A stretch of 33,532 nt of DNA from Erythrobacter sp. (GCA_040830305.1 JBFOLW010000332.1:1-33532); one strand, 5' to 3'; positions 1 through 8,626 are shown, counted from the first letter of the stretch. Notes: a model not told the origin generated them from the sequence alone. A program made the numbers and translations.

Positions 1-7
1 AGACGCG

Positions 8-619
8 ATGGGCGTGCAGGAAAATATCGAACATGCGGCCGCCGAACGCGCCAAGTTCCGCGAGATGAAGGAAGGCACTGCAGAGGACTGGGCGATCATA
101 GGCGGCGAATACCGCGCTTTCGCCAAGGGCTTGCCCGATCGGGTGCTCGACCATCTTCGCTTACTTGATGGCGATTTCGGAGGCTTCCCGGTCGACCGGT
201 TGGAGCATTCGCTGCAGACTGCAACACGCGCGCACCGCGACGGGCGCGACGAACAATATGTCGTGATGGCGTTGCTCCACGACATTGGCGACACACTGGG
301 CAGCTACAACCACCCCGAAGTCGCCGCCTCGATCATCAAGCCCTTCGTAAGCGAGGAAGTGCACTGGATTTGCCAGAATCACGGCGCTTTCCAAGGGTAC
401 TACTACTTCCATTTCCTTGGGATGGACCAGAACGCGCGCGACAAGTTCGCCGACCACCCGCATTTCGAGGCGTGCCGCGAATTCTGCGAGAAATACGACC
501 AATCCGCCTTCGACCCGGATTACGAAAGCGAGCCACTCGAATTCTTCGAACCGATGGTGCGACGCGTAATGGCGAAACCGCTTGCCTCGGCCTACGCCAA
601 GGCGCTGGAAGAGGAGTGA
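8..619 (+). CDS. HD-domain protein (PhnZ/MIOX-like metal-dependent phosphohydrolase or oxygenase subgroup)
   Basis: 203 aa; RLEHSLQTA...ALLHDIGD...YNHPE...QNHGAF...KYDQ gives the H/HD/H/H/D ligand pattern of dimetal HD proteins. Confidence 0.8.
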   Translation: MGVQENIEHAAAERAKFREMKEGTAEDWAIIGGEYRAFAKGLPDRVLDHLRLLDGDFGGFPVDRLEHSLQTATRAHRDGRDEQYVVMALLHDIGDTLGSYNHPEVAASIIKPFVSEEVHWICQNHGAFQGYYYFHFLGMDQNARDKFADHPHFEACREFCEKYDQSAFDPDYESEPLEFFEPMVRRVMAKPLASAYAKALEEE

Positions 620-623
620 GCGT

Positions 624-1310
624 CTAGCCGGCCGCGTCGAGCGCCTGCGCAAGCCGCTCGGTCGGGACCAGCCCCTCGATCACTTCGCCGCCCGCAATCC
701 AGCTCGGCGTGCCGGTGAACTGCAACGTGCGCGCAAAGGCCATGGTCTTGGCCAGCTCGGCGGTCGCCTCGTCCGATTGCGCGAAGGCCTGCGCGGCATC
801 CATATCGAGCCCGGCAATCCGCGCCGCGCGTTCGATCCCGGCCTCGCTCGGCGGACCCTGCTCGAACATGGCGTGGTAGAAGGCCGGATACTTGCCCTGG
901 TTCGCTGCGGCGAGCGCCATCCGCGCGGCCTGCTCGCTGCCATCGAAGATCGGCCATTCGCGGACCACGACCTTCAGTTCGGGATCGGCCGCGATCAGCT
1001 CGTCGATTCCGGCGACGGACTGGCGACAATAGGTGCACCCGTAATCGGTGAACTTCACCAGGACCCTGGTTCCCTGCGGGTTGCCCAGCACACTGCCCGC
1101 GAAAGGCTGTTTCACCTCGTCCGAAATCCGGGCAAGCCGGTCCTGCGCCTCGCCACGCTGAAAGGCTTCCGCCATTTCGGGCAGGATCTGGGGATTGGCG
1201 AGCAGATAGTCGCGCGTCTGGCCATTGCCGAGGCCCGACAGCGACCACAGGCCGGCCCCGGCAAAGCCGAACACCAGCGCGATCAGCGCAGTGAGCAGGT
1301 GGTTTTTCAT
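624..1310 (-). CDS. DsbA/Com1-family thioredoxin-fold protein with N-terminal membrane anchor
   Basis: Start moved to ATG 1310 (MKNHLLTALIAL...), preceded by AGGGGA; FTDYGCTYC CxxC; EWPIF; FTGTPSW cis-Pro loop; lies directly downstream of the M48 protease, a common alphaproteobacterial arrangement. Confidence 0.88.
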   Translation of the reverse strand: MKNHLLTALIALVFGFAGAGLWSLSGLGNGQTRDYLLANPQILPEMAEAFQRGEAQDRLARISDEVKQPFAGSVLGNPQGTRVLVKFTDYGCTYCRQSVAGIDELIAADPELKVVVREWPIFDGSEQAARMALAAANQGKYPAFYHAMFEQGPPSEAGIERAARIAGLDMDAAQAFAQSDEATAELAKTMAFARTLQFTGTPSWIAGGEVIEGLVPTERLAQALDAAG

Positions 1311-1329
1311 GGAGTCCCCTGTCTGTCCG

Positions 1330-2709
1330 TCAACGTGGCGCGCAATTGCGCCCGCGTTCCATTTCGCATTGCCGCTCAAGCAGCGCGCGGGCCTGCATGC
1401 CGATATCCTGCGCGCGGATCCAGTCGGGGGTTCCCCGTTCGAGCCCCCCTTCCGCGGCCTGTGCACTGCGCAGCGCAAGGCCGTATTGCCCGCTCATTAC
1501 CTGCTGTTCGGCGGTTGCGAGGCGGGCACGCGGTGTGTCGCCGCGTGCGGCATAGACGACACCTAGCTGGTACCAGGCAAACGGATTGCGCCGGTCGCGA
1601 CCCACCGCCGCGCGCAGCACACGCTCGGCTTCCTCGTAATTCGCCGGGTCCTCGGTGGCGATAAGCGCATGGCCGAACATGCTGGCGATCAGCGGTTCGG
1701 CATTGGTCAGCGCGGTCGCGCGGCGCAGCGGATCGAGTGCCTCTCCCGGGCGGCCCGACTCGAGCAGGACCTGACCCTTGAGTTCGAGGAAATACGGATC
1801 TTGAGGGTCCGTGGCGATCAGGGCATCGGCAGCCTCGAGCGCGCGATCGATGCGGGCATTCTGGTGATAGGCGTAAGCGCGGGCGTAGAGCGCGGGAACC
1901 GTCTGATCGGTCTCCGGATAATCGCGCAGCGTGGCCGAAGGCTTGGCAATATAGCCGGTGAGCTTGGCTTTGACGCGTTCGAAATTGGCCTGGTTGCGTG
2001 CATTTGGCGGCGCATGCCAGGCCGGGTCCTGCTCGTAGACATCGCGCAGTGCCGAAATCCGGTCGCCCGAGAGCGGGTGCGTACGATAATAGCCCGCTTC
2101 GTCGCTCTGGCTGTAGCCATAGCGATACTCCTGATTGAGCAGCTTTCCGAAAAAGGTCAGCGAACCACGGCCGGAGATACCTGCTTTGGAAAGATACTCG
2201 GCACCCGCGAAATCCGCCGAAGATTCCTGCGTGCGGCTGAAGGCGAGGAACTGGCTCAGCGCAGCCTGTTGGCCTAGCGCCATGACGCCCATCGCCGCTT
2301 CGCCCGCACCAGCCAATGCGGCACCGATTCCTGCGAGCATCGAGAGTAGCGAGATCTTCGTGGCCGAGGCGGCGCCCTCGCCATAGCGCAGGATGTGGCC
2401 ACCGGTAATGTGGCCAAGCTCGTGCGCGATCACCCCCTGGACTTCCTCGGCGGTGTCGGCCGCCTCGATCAGTCCCGAGTGGATGTAGACAACCTGGCCG
2501 CCGGCCACGAAGGCGTTGATCGAGCGATCGTTGACCAGAACAATGTCGACATTCTCCGGCTCGAGGCCCGCGGCGGCGATCAGCGGCGCGGAAATCTCGT
2601 CGAGAAAGGCCTCGGTCTCGGCATCGCGCAGGATCGACTGGGCAGCGACCGGCTGCACGGCGAGCATGGCGGCTGCGAGCAGAGCGAGTAGGCGAGCAAG
2701 AATGCGCAT
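1330..2709 (-). CDS. bepA: M48-family periplasmic metalloprotease with TPR repeats (BepA/YfgC-like)
   Basis: Signal peptide (AAQS); INAFVAGG; AHELGH zincin motif; SRTQESSAD; THP motif; TPR-like helical C-terminus. Confidence 0.88.
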   Translation of the reverse strand: MRILARLLALLAAAMLAVQPVAAQSILRDAETEAFLDEISAPLIAAAGLEPENVDIVLVNDRSINAFVAGGQVVYIHSGLIEAADTAEEVQGVIAHELGHITGGHILRYGEGAASATKISLLSMLAGIGAALAGAGEAAMGVMALGQQAALSQFLAFSRTQESSADFAGAEYLSKAGISGRGSLTFFGKLLNQEYRYGYSQSDEAGYYRTHPLSGDRISALRDVYEQDPAWHAPPNARNQANFERVKAKLTGYIAKPSATLRDYPETDQTVPALYARAYAYHQNARIDRALEAADALIATDPQDPYFLELKGQVLLESGRPGEALDPLRRATALTNAEPLIASMFGHALIATEDPANYEEAERVLRAAVGRDRRNPFAWYQLGVVYAARGDTPRARLATAEQQVMSGQYGLALRSAQAAEGGLERGTPDWIRAQDIGMQARALLERQCEMERGRNCAPR

Positions 2710-2721
2710 CTGCGGGCAGCC

Positions 2722-3636
2722 TTAGGGGGTTTCGGTCTGAACCGGAACTGAAACCTCGGTCACCCGGTGTGCAAATTCGACCACTGCATCATGCAGGCTG
2801 CGTTTCTGGCGCCACGGATTTGCAAGCGACAGCAGCGGGGCGTTGTGGTCGAAATTATCGTAGAAGAGCGTCTGCACCGGTGCGCCAGCCCGTCCCAACG
2901 CCGCAGCCAAAGCGCGCGAATTGCGGGGTTTGACCAGCGTATCCGCCTCGCCGTGAACCAGCAGCATGGGCGGGGCGTCCGCGCGCACATGATTGACGGG
3001 CTGGCTCTCCGCCCCGGCGCCGACCGCGCCGAAGCTGGCGCGGGTCGAATCGCCGTCGAACGGATAGAAATCGAAGGGTCCGGCGAGGCCGACCACCCCG
3101 CTCGGGATCACTCTGCTCCCGGCCAGCCATTTCGTCTCGAGCGCAACCTGCACGACATTGTAGGCGCCTGCCGAATGGCCAGCGATTACGATCCGCGCGG
3201 GATCGCCGCCGTATTGCGGGGCGAGACGCGCTGTTTCGATCAATGCGGCCGCCGTGTCTTCGAGCATGCCCGGATAGCGCCCGTCGGCGCCGAGCCGATA
3301 GCCTGCCAGCACGACTACAAAGCCTTCGGGAGCCAGAGACCGGGCAATGAAATTGTAGTCGTCGGGATCGCCGCTACGCCAGCTTCCGCCATGCACGAAG
3401 AGGAAAACGGGAAGCGGTTCGCTGCTGCCCGACGGCGCGTAGATGCGCAATTTCTGATCCGGGTGAGCGCCGTAGCCAGTCTTGGCAACGAGCGTTACGC
3501 CGCGTGTGCCGCCGGTCAGGCGATCAACCGCGTCGAGCACGGCCGGGCCGTTGTTGCGGATGGCGAGTAGGAGCGCAGCTCCAGCCAGCAAGAGGATGAC
3601 GAGGATGCCGACGAGGATCTTCATCGTCCGGCTCAC
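2722..3636 (-). CDS. Alpha/beta hydrolase (HSL-like esterase), N-terminal membrane anchor
   Basis: HGGSW oxyanion motif, GHSAG nucleophile elbow, HGEAD, C-terminal His (FDHN); GTG start overlaps the upstream stop. Confidence 0.88.
   Translation of the reverse strand: MSRTMKILVGILVILLLAGAALLLAIRNNGPAVLDAVDRLTGGTRGVTLVAKTGYGAHPDQKLRIYAPSGSSEPLPVFLFVHGGSWRSGDPDDYNFIARSLAPEGFVVVLAGYRLGADGRYPGMLEDTAAALIETARLAPQYGGDPARIVIAGHSAGAYNVVQVALETKWLAGSRVIPSGVVGLAGPFDFYPFDGDSTRASFGAVGAGAESQPVNHVRADAPPMLLVHGEADTLVKPRNSRALAAALGRAGAPVQTLFYDNFDHNAPLLSLANPWRQKRSLHDAVVEFAHRVTEVSVPVQTETP
2737..2752 (-). promoter_or_regulatory. CTGAA-N6-CTGAA (TGA-N8-TGA) direct repeat, candidate OmpR-family/CenR-like site upstream of the M48 protease
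   Basis: On the sense strand TTCAG-N6-TTCAG lies just upstream of a TAAGGC -10-like hexamer that is 9 nt before ATG 2709; the same repeat occurs at 15590-15605. Confidence 0.45.
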
Positions 3637-4739
3637 GCCACCTTGCCCGGATCGGTGCGTTCGACGGTGTCGACGATGGCCCTGGCTTCGTCGTCGGCGA
3701 GCAACCCGACCGATGCGAGGAAATCGCGTCCGGTGTCGTAGCTATTGCCGAGCCACAGGGGCACGCCCGCGGCTTCCAGGTTCGCCTTGGCGGCCAATTC
3801 GTCGGGGCTCATCGCGTCGCCGACCTTGCGAATGAAGATGGCGCGCACCCGGCCCGGGTTGGTCAGTGCGACATCGGCAAAAGCGGTGAGATCGCCCTGG
3901 CTGTCGTCACCGATCAGCGCAAACTTGAGTTCGGGGAAGGCATCGAGAATGCCGTCGATCGCGACGCGCTTGTGCGCCCCGTGGCTCGCCGAGCCGAAGG
4001 TCGCGCGGTTGAGGCCCCAGTCGCGCAGGAAGATCGGCCCCAGCGGCAATTGTCGTCCGCGAATATAGGTGACGAGATAGCTGAACAGGTTCCACGGGCT
4101 CGACGAGACGTAAAAGAACGGTCGCTGCGTCGCGGGGCGGCTGGTGCCTGCATGACCCTCGTCCGCGGCCAGAACTTCGCCGCCACCGAGCGCATTGAAG
4201 AACACGTCGGCGCCAGGCACGATGATGCGTTCTTCGGGCATCTGCATCAGGACCCGTCGCCAGTTGCGCATGACCTTGCGAAAATCGCCGGTAATGCCGG
4301 TTTCAATTATCGTGTCGTCGATATCGGAAATTACCGCCAGGCCGGTGGCCTCACCCGGTGCGAGCACATGCGCATCGAGACACTGTCGCTCATCGCCAAC
4401 CTGCCAGTGGAAGACCACCGTCTCCCAATTGGGGTGGCGCGCATAATCCCACTCGGGATCTAGCCGGATGTCGAAATGGACGAAACCTTCCTTGTCGGTC
4501 AGTCCCTGATATCGTCGACCCTCGGCGCCCGAGCGCGCGATCTCGATCTCGACCGGGAATTCGGCGACCTCGTTGCTGGCGAATTGGCTCAGCATGGTCT
4601 TGGCCGCGCGCCATTTTCCGCGCTTTTCGAATTTGCCCACGCGAGATCTGAGCGCACGCGCGGTGATGCGCAGCCGCTGACGGTTCCTGTAGCCGAAGTA
4701 GGGTTGGATACGGACGGGCGCGGTGGGCAGGAACGGCAT
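3633..4739 (-). CDS. App1-family (DUF2183) phosphatidate phosphatase-like HAD protein
   Basis: VISDIDDTII (DxDxT), FFYVSSSPWNL, LPLGPIFLRDW, ALIGDDSQGD motifs. Confidence 0.82.
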   Translation of the reverse strand: MPFLPTAPVRIQPYFGYRNRQRLRITARALRSRVGKFEKRGKWRAAKTMLSQFASNEVAEFPVEIEIARSGAEGRRYQGLTDKEGFVHFDIRLDPEWDYARHPNWETVVFHWQVGDERQCLDAHVLAPGEATGLAVISDIDDTIIETGITGDFRKVMRNWRRVLMQMPEERIIVPGADVFFNALGGGEVLAADEGHAGTSRPATQRPFFYVSSSPWNLFSYLVTYIRGRQLPLGPIFLRDWGLNRATFGSASHGAHKRVAIDGILDAFPELKFALIGDDSQGDLTAFADVALTNPGRVRAIFIRKVGDAMSPDELAAKANLEAAGVPLWLGNSYDTGRDFLASVGLLADDEARAIVDTVERTDPGKVA

Positions 4740-4799
4740 CGGAGCCGGGGCTAGCCAATCGGGCCCCGGGGCGACAAGCGAATTGTCGACCTTGCCGGC

Positions 4800-6734
4800 C
4801 TAGCCGAGCAGCTTGCGGGCCGCGCGTTCGACCAGCGGCACGTCCTCGGGGACCTCGCCAATGACTTCCAGCGTGCCTTCGGGCGTGCGACGGACCATGA
4901 CGAGAGCGAATTCGGCACCCTCTTCGTCCAGTTCGGCAAGCGAGAGAGCTTCGAGGTTACGTAGCTTGCTGGCGAGGGCAGGGCGGACGACCTTTTTGTC
5001 ATCGACCGGCTTGCCCTGCTCTTCCTTGCGCGCCGTGCGTTCGGCCTGGACGACGCCTTTGAGGCCGCCCTCGGCCTTGCGCAGGAAACCGGCGAGCTCG
5101 CCCCGTTCGACGCCCACGCGATGCGCATGCATCAGGACTGCGGCGTATTCGGTGAGACGCGTCTTGTCGTAATCGGCGCCGAAGACCAGCTTCACCACCG
5201 GCGTCATCGGGGCGCGATCCTGAACGGTCAGCCCGTTGTCGGCCAGAAGCTCGTCGAAGTCGGCCTGGTTGTTTTGCGCCTCGATGCTGAAATCATAGGC
5301 GCGGCCTACGGCTTCATAGAGCGCTTTGCGGCTGCGATCCTCGGTCGATTGCGCGGCTTGCGCCATCTGGCGCGCCGCGGCGAGGCAATCGTAGAGCCCC
5401 TCGGCCACGGAATTGCCGCCGTCGGGTTCTTCCTCTGTGCCTTCAACCGCGTCGGTCGCTGGCTCGACGACCGGGCCTCCGGTCTCGGCTGGTTCCGCTG
5501 TGCTCTCGTCAGCGAGGTTCGCGAATTCGGCTTCGTCGGACGCTTCGTCCGGAGAGGGCGCAGCCATGTCCCTGGCGACGGTATCGTAATCCAGTGGCGC
5601 CCGTGGTGGCAGCGAGACGCCTTCGCCCTCGTAGGCCTGGGGCACGGCGGGGGCGGATTGCGTTGCCGAAAGGTCGACGCTTCTCTTGGTCCGGTCCCCG
5701 CGACTCACGAGCGCAACAAGGCTGCTGGTCGCTTCTTCATCGGCAAGCGGATCGACGACGCCATCGACATCGTCCTCTGCTTCATCTTCCTCGTCCCACT
5801 CGGGCAAACCGTAATCGGCGGCCGTCTTCATGCCGCTGTCAAAGTCGTCCTCGTCGGCATCGTTTCCGGGAGGCGGGGCGCCGACGGGATTGCCGAGCGC
5901 ATCGACCCGTGGGGCCGAGGCGGGGCGGACTACCGGCTCGTCGATGTCGAAGTCGTCGTCCGATTCCAGGTCCGCACCGAAGGCCGGCTCGGGCAGTGCG
6001 CCGGGTGTAAGGCTGTCCATCATGTCCTCGCTCCCCAGTTCGAGTACGTCATCCCTGTCTTGGCCACGCGCATGATTGGTAAGCGATTCGGCCGTCTCGA
6101 TCTCCGCTCCCTCGTCGATCTCGTTGCCCGACCTCAGGCCCAGCGCCTGATCGAGTTCCAGCAGCAATGCATCGGCGGTTTCCTGGTCGGCCATTTCCTT
6201 CCAGTTGATGACGCCGAAGATGTAATCGATTGTCGCATCATTGCTCGAATAGGGCAGCAGAATCCCGCGATAGAGCACGGTCGCACCGTGCTCGTTGACG
6301 AATTCTGCCTCGAAGCCGATCGGAGCCTGATTGGCGAGGATTTGCATGTAGTGGTCGGTGATGCGGCTGAGCACCGACCGACCGGGGACGCCCGAAAGGC
6401 GGTCGAGCCCGCCGTCATGGGCGCATTCCGCGGCGAGTTCCGCACCGACATAGCGAACACCGGGATCTTCGACGTCCTCGGACAGGTCGAGCAATACGGA
6501 ATAGGGGCCGAAATCCTCGAGCGTGTCGGGCTCGAGGTCGGATATGTGCGGGAAGTTATTGTCCCCCAGCAGGCTGGCCCAGTGATTGTAGGCGCGAACC
6601 TGCATCCGGCGCTCGTCCTGACCGACGGGCGAAGGCGGCGGCTCGATGTCGGCGCCGGATTCCTCGACGTATTCGTCGTCGAAATCCTCCTCCGTATCGC
6701 GCGAGCCGAAAAAGCCGCCAAACCTGTCGATCAC
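4800..6734 (-). CDS. Hypothetical protein: N-terminal PAS-like domain, long acidic low-complexity linker, helical C-terminal domain
   Basis: 644 aa with genome-typical codon usage; AYNHWASLL...LYRGILLPYSS...IDYIFGVI resembles alphaproteobacterial PAS_5-type domains; middle is very D/E/P-rich. Confidence 0.75.
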   Translation of the reverse strand: MIDRFGGFFGSRDTEEDFDDEYVEESGADIEPPPSPVGQDERRMQVRAYNHWASLLGDNNFPHISDLEPDTLEDFGPYSVLLDLSEDVEDPGVRYVGAELAAECAHDGGLDRLSGVPGRSVLSRITDHYMQILANQAPIGFEAEFVNEHGATVLYRGILLPYSSNDATIDYIFGVINWKEMADQETADALLLELDQALGLRSGNEIDEGAEIETAESLTNHARGQDRDDVLELGSEDMMDSLTPGALPEPAFGADLESDDDFDIDEPVVRPASAPRVDALGNPVGAPPPGNDADEDDFDSGMKTAADYGLPEWDEEDEAEDDVDGVVDPLADEEATSSLVALVSRGDRTKRSVDLSATQSAPAVPQAYEGEGVSLPPRAPLDYDTVARDMAAPSPDEASDEAEFANLADESTAEPAETGGPVVEPATDAVEGTEEEPDGGNSVAEGLYDCLAAARQMAQAAQSTEDRSRKALYEAVGRAYDFSIEAQNNQADFDELLADNGLTVQDRAPMTPVVKLVFGADYDKTRLTEYAAVLMHAHRVGVERGELAGFLRKAEGGLKGVVQAERTARKEEQGKPVDDKKVVRPALASKLRNLEALSLAELDEEGAEFALVMVRRTPEGTLEVIGEVPEDVPLVERAARKLLG

Positions 6735-6788
6735 TGCATGGGCTCCCGAAGAGTTCTGCTCATTCGAAAGCCATATGAAGCCCGCGTG

Positions 6789-6817
6789 GTAAACATATGG
6801 TTAAATGCGTTAACCAT
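6789..6817 (-). promoter_or_regulatory. CtrA-like binding region
   Basis: Minus strand TTAA-CCATATG-TTTAC (6804-6789) plus inverted TTAACCAT half-sites ATGGTTAA-ATGCG-TTAACCAT (6797-6817), in an AT-rich patch about 55 nt upstream of the 4800..6734 start. Confidence 0.65.
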
Positions 6818-6835
6818 TGCCCGGGGGCAAAAGGA

Positions 6836-7261
6836 TCAGAGCATGTAGCGCATCCGGATTGTCACTTCGCGGTTCTCAGTTCCGATGTCGAAGGCCGCAT
6901 CGGCAAACTTAGGCGGCCCCATGCGGACCTTGGCATCGCGCGAGAAGCCGAAGCCTTCCTTGGGCATCATGCCCAGCGCCCGGTCGGCCTTCCCGTTCGC
7001 ATTTTCATCATGCAGCAGCGCGATCGCATAGCGCCCTGGTTGCACGTTCCTGAAGGTGAAGGACACGCTGCCTTCGCGTGCTTGGGCAGTCGCGCCATGC
7101 GCCCCCGCAACGCCGCGACACCGCGGGAACTTGCTCGCGTCCGTCGTCATGCAGGCGCGCACGATGCCCTTGGCATTGCGCAGGTCGGTTACCCTGACGG
7201 TGATCGTCGCGCCCGGTTCGGGTGGCGGCGCAGCCCCTCCCGCCAGTGCGCACAGCGGCAT
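6836..7261 (-). CDS. DUF2141-family exported protein (copy 1)
   Basis: ITVRVTDLRNAKG, PGRYAIALLHDENANGK, PKEGFGFSRD, GPPKFADAAF; start uncertain (ATG 7261, or CTG 7288 overlapping the upstream stop); the 7576 start in the track overlaps the upstream gene. Confidence 0.82.
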   Translation of the reverse strand: MPLCALAGGAAPPPEPGATITVRVTDLRNAKGIVRACMTTDASKFPRCRGVAGAHGATAQAREGSVSFTFRNVQPGRYAIALLHDENANGKADRALGMMPKEGFGFSRDAKVRMGPPKFADAAFDIGTENREVTIRMRYML

Positions 7262-7284
7262 GAGTGCAAGCGCGGCAGAACGTT

Positions 7285-8001
7285 TCAGGCGTTCGGGCTG
7301 AGGCCCCGATCCGTTCCGCAGGCGCGATCCCAGAAGCGGAAATAGAGTCCGTAATTGCATCTGTACTCTTCGTGATGTCGCTGATGATGGCTGGCGGTTA
7401 TCAGCCAGTTGCCTAACTTGGAATGAACCAGGGCCTTTGGAAACATCTCCCAGCCCATGTGATTGGTGACACCCATCACTGTCATCACCAGCAGCACAAG
7501 GCCGAGCATCGCCACGTGGATCGGGATCACGAAGACGAGCAACGGGATGACGACCGCGCCGGTGATCGCTTCCCACGGGTGGAAGCTCATCGCCGCCCAG
7601 GCAGTGGGCGGTCGGCTGGCGTGATGGACGGCATGCATCGCGCGGAACAGCCGTGGGCGGTGCATCAGCCGGTGGGTCCAGTAGAACCAGCTGTCATGCG
7701 CCAGCAGGTAGAGCACCGGAGCAAGGGCGAGATACCACAGCGGATAGGCGTTCCAATCGGTATAAATCTGTGTCCATCCACGCTCCTGCCAGCCCCAGGC
7801 GACTATGCCTGCAGGGATGCCGTATATCGCCGCCGACGCCAGCGACCAGCCGATCTCGCGGCGGATCTGCGGGCCCAGCGGGGCATGGTAGCCGGGCCTG
7901 ACGCGATTGGTGATCACGGCGAAGAGCCCGCTCGAGGCGAGATAGCGCAGCGCCACGATCGCGGTCATCGCAAGCGCGGAAAGGATTATCGCGATATACA
8001 T
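7285..8001 (-). CDS. crtG: Sterol desaturase/fatty-acid hydroxylase family, likely carotenoid 2,2'-beta-ring hydroxylase
   Basis: His boxes YWTHRLMH, HAVHH, NHMG, HHQRHH and NYGLYFRFWDR; LRY..., IYTDW..YPLWY, YLLAHD and LITASHH resemble CrtG as I recall it; start ATG 8001. Confidence 0.75.
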   Translation of the reverse strand: MYIAIILSALAMTAIVALRYLASSGLFAVITNRVRPGYHAPLGPQIRREIGWSLASAAIYGIPAGIVAWGWQERGWTQIYTDWNAYPLWYLALAPVLYLLAHDSWFYWTHRLMHRPRLFRAMHAVHHASRPPTAWAAMSFHPWEAITGAVVIPLLVFVIPIHVAMLGLVLLVMTVMGVTNHMGWEMFPKALVHSKLGNWLITASHHQRHHEEYRCNYGLYFRFWDRACGTDRGLSPNA

Positions 8002-8048
8002 CGGAGCATACCCTAGACCGCCCTGCGCCAAGGGCAATCCGGCAATTG

Positions 8049-8528
8049 CTATTCGGGGGCGCCCCACGGCGCGCACTGCGGGTCGAGTGCAACCGTCGCG
8101 CGGCGCAGGGCCGTGCGCGCCAGCCGCTCGACTTCGACCTTGCGCCGGGCGGCGGCAAGCGGGGCAAGCGGGGCAGGGCGCACGATCTCGCCGTCATAGC
8201 CATCGGCCACAATGATACCGCAGCAATCGGGGCGATAGGCGTCGCTTTCGAGCGGCGTGCGGTCGAGGCCAGGGGGGACGCCCCAATAGAACCGGTCGCA
8301 AAAGTCGAGGTAGTCCGGCCACTTGCCATCGCCGAGCAGGTCGCCACGCTGGACCTTGATTTCGACGATCACCACACGCCCCTTAGGATCGACCCCCATG
8401 AGGTCCGCGCGCCGCCCGTTGCGCAGCGGCATTTCCGCCAGGCACCACACATCGTTCCGCGCGAACAGCCGCGCAATTCCGCGCGCCACCTCAGCCGCCC
8501 TCTGTGTTTCCGTCACCGAGTCTGTCAC
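8049..8528 (-). CDS. mmcB: MmcB-family (DUF1052) DNA repair protein, PD-(D/E)xK nuclease fold
   Basis: GRRADLM, IVEIK, DLLGDGKWPDYLDFCDRFYW, VADGYDGEIVR; GTG 8528 chosen as start because the LexA box and promoter lie just upstream. Confidence 0.9.
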   Translation of the reverse strand: MTDSVTETQRAAEVARGIARLFARNDVWCLAEMPLRNGRRADLMGVDPKGRVVIVEIKVQRGDLLGDGKWPDYLDFCDRFYWGVPPGLDRTPLESDAYRPDCCGIIVADGYDGEIVRPAPLAPLAAARRKVEVERLARTALRRATVALDPQCAPWGAPE

Positions 8529-8540
8529 GCCGCGGCGATG

Positions 8541-8555
8541 GAACAGAGTGCGAAC
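8541..8555 (-). promoter_or_regulatory. Alphaproteobacterial LexA (SOS) box GTTC-N7-GTTC
   Basis: Plus strand GAAC-AGAGTGC-GAAC; sits in the 17-nt spacer after a TTGACC -35 (8563-8558) upstream of mmcB. Confidence 0.9.
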
Positions 8556-8626
8556 ATGGTCAAGGCTTAACTCGATCCCGCGACGCTGTCTCCCCATGGG
8601 ACGCGCCCTGATTGGCTGGCGCATTC

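Noticed and set aside
5121-6848. 575-aa plus-strand ORF, and similar long ORFs at 18117..19934, 26060..27574, 22055..23236 and 582..1664
   Set aside because: Antisense shadows of real genes, expected in high-GC DNA; no recognisable motifs
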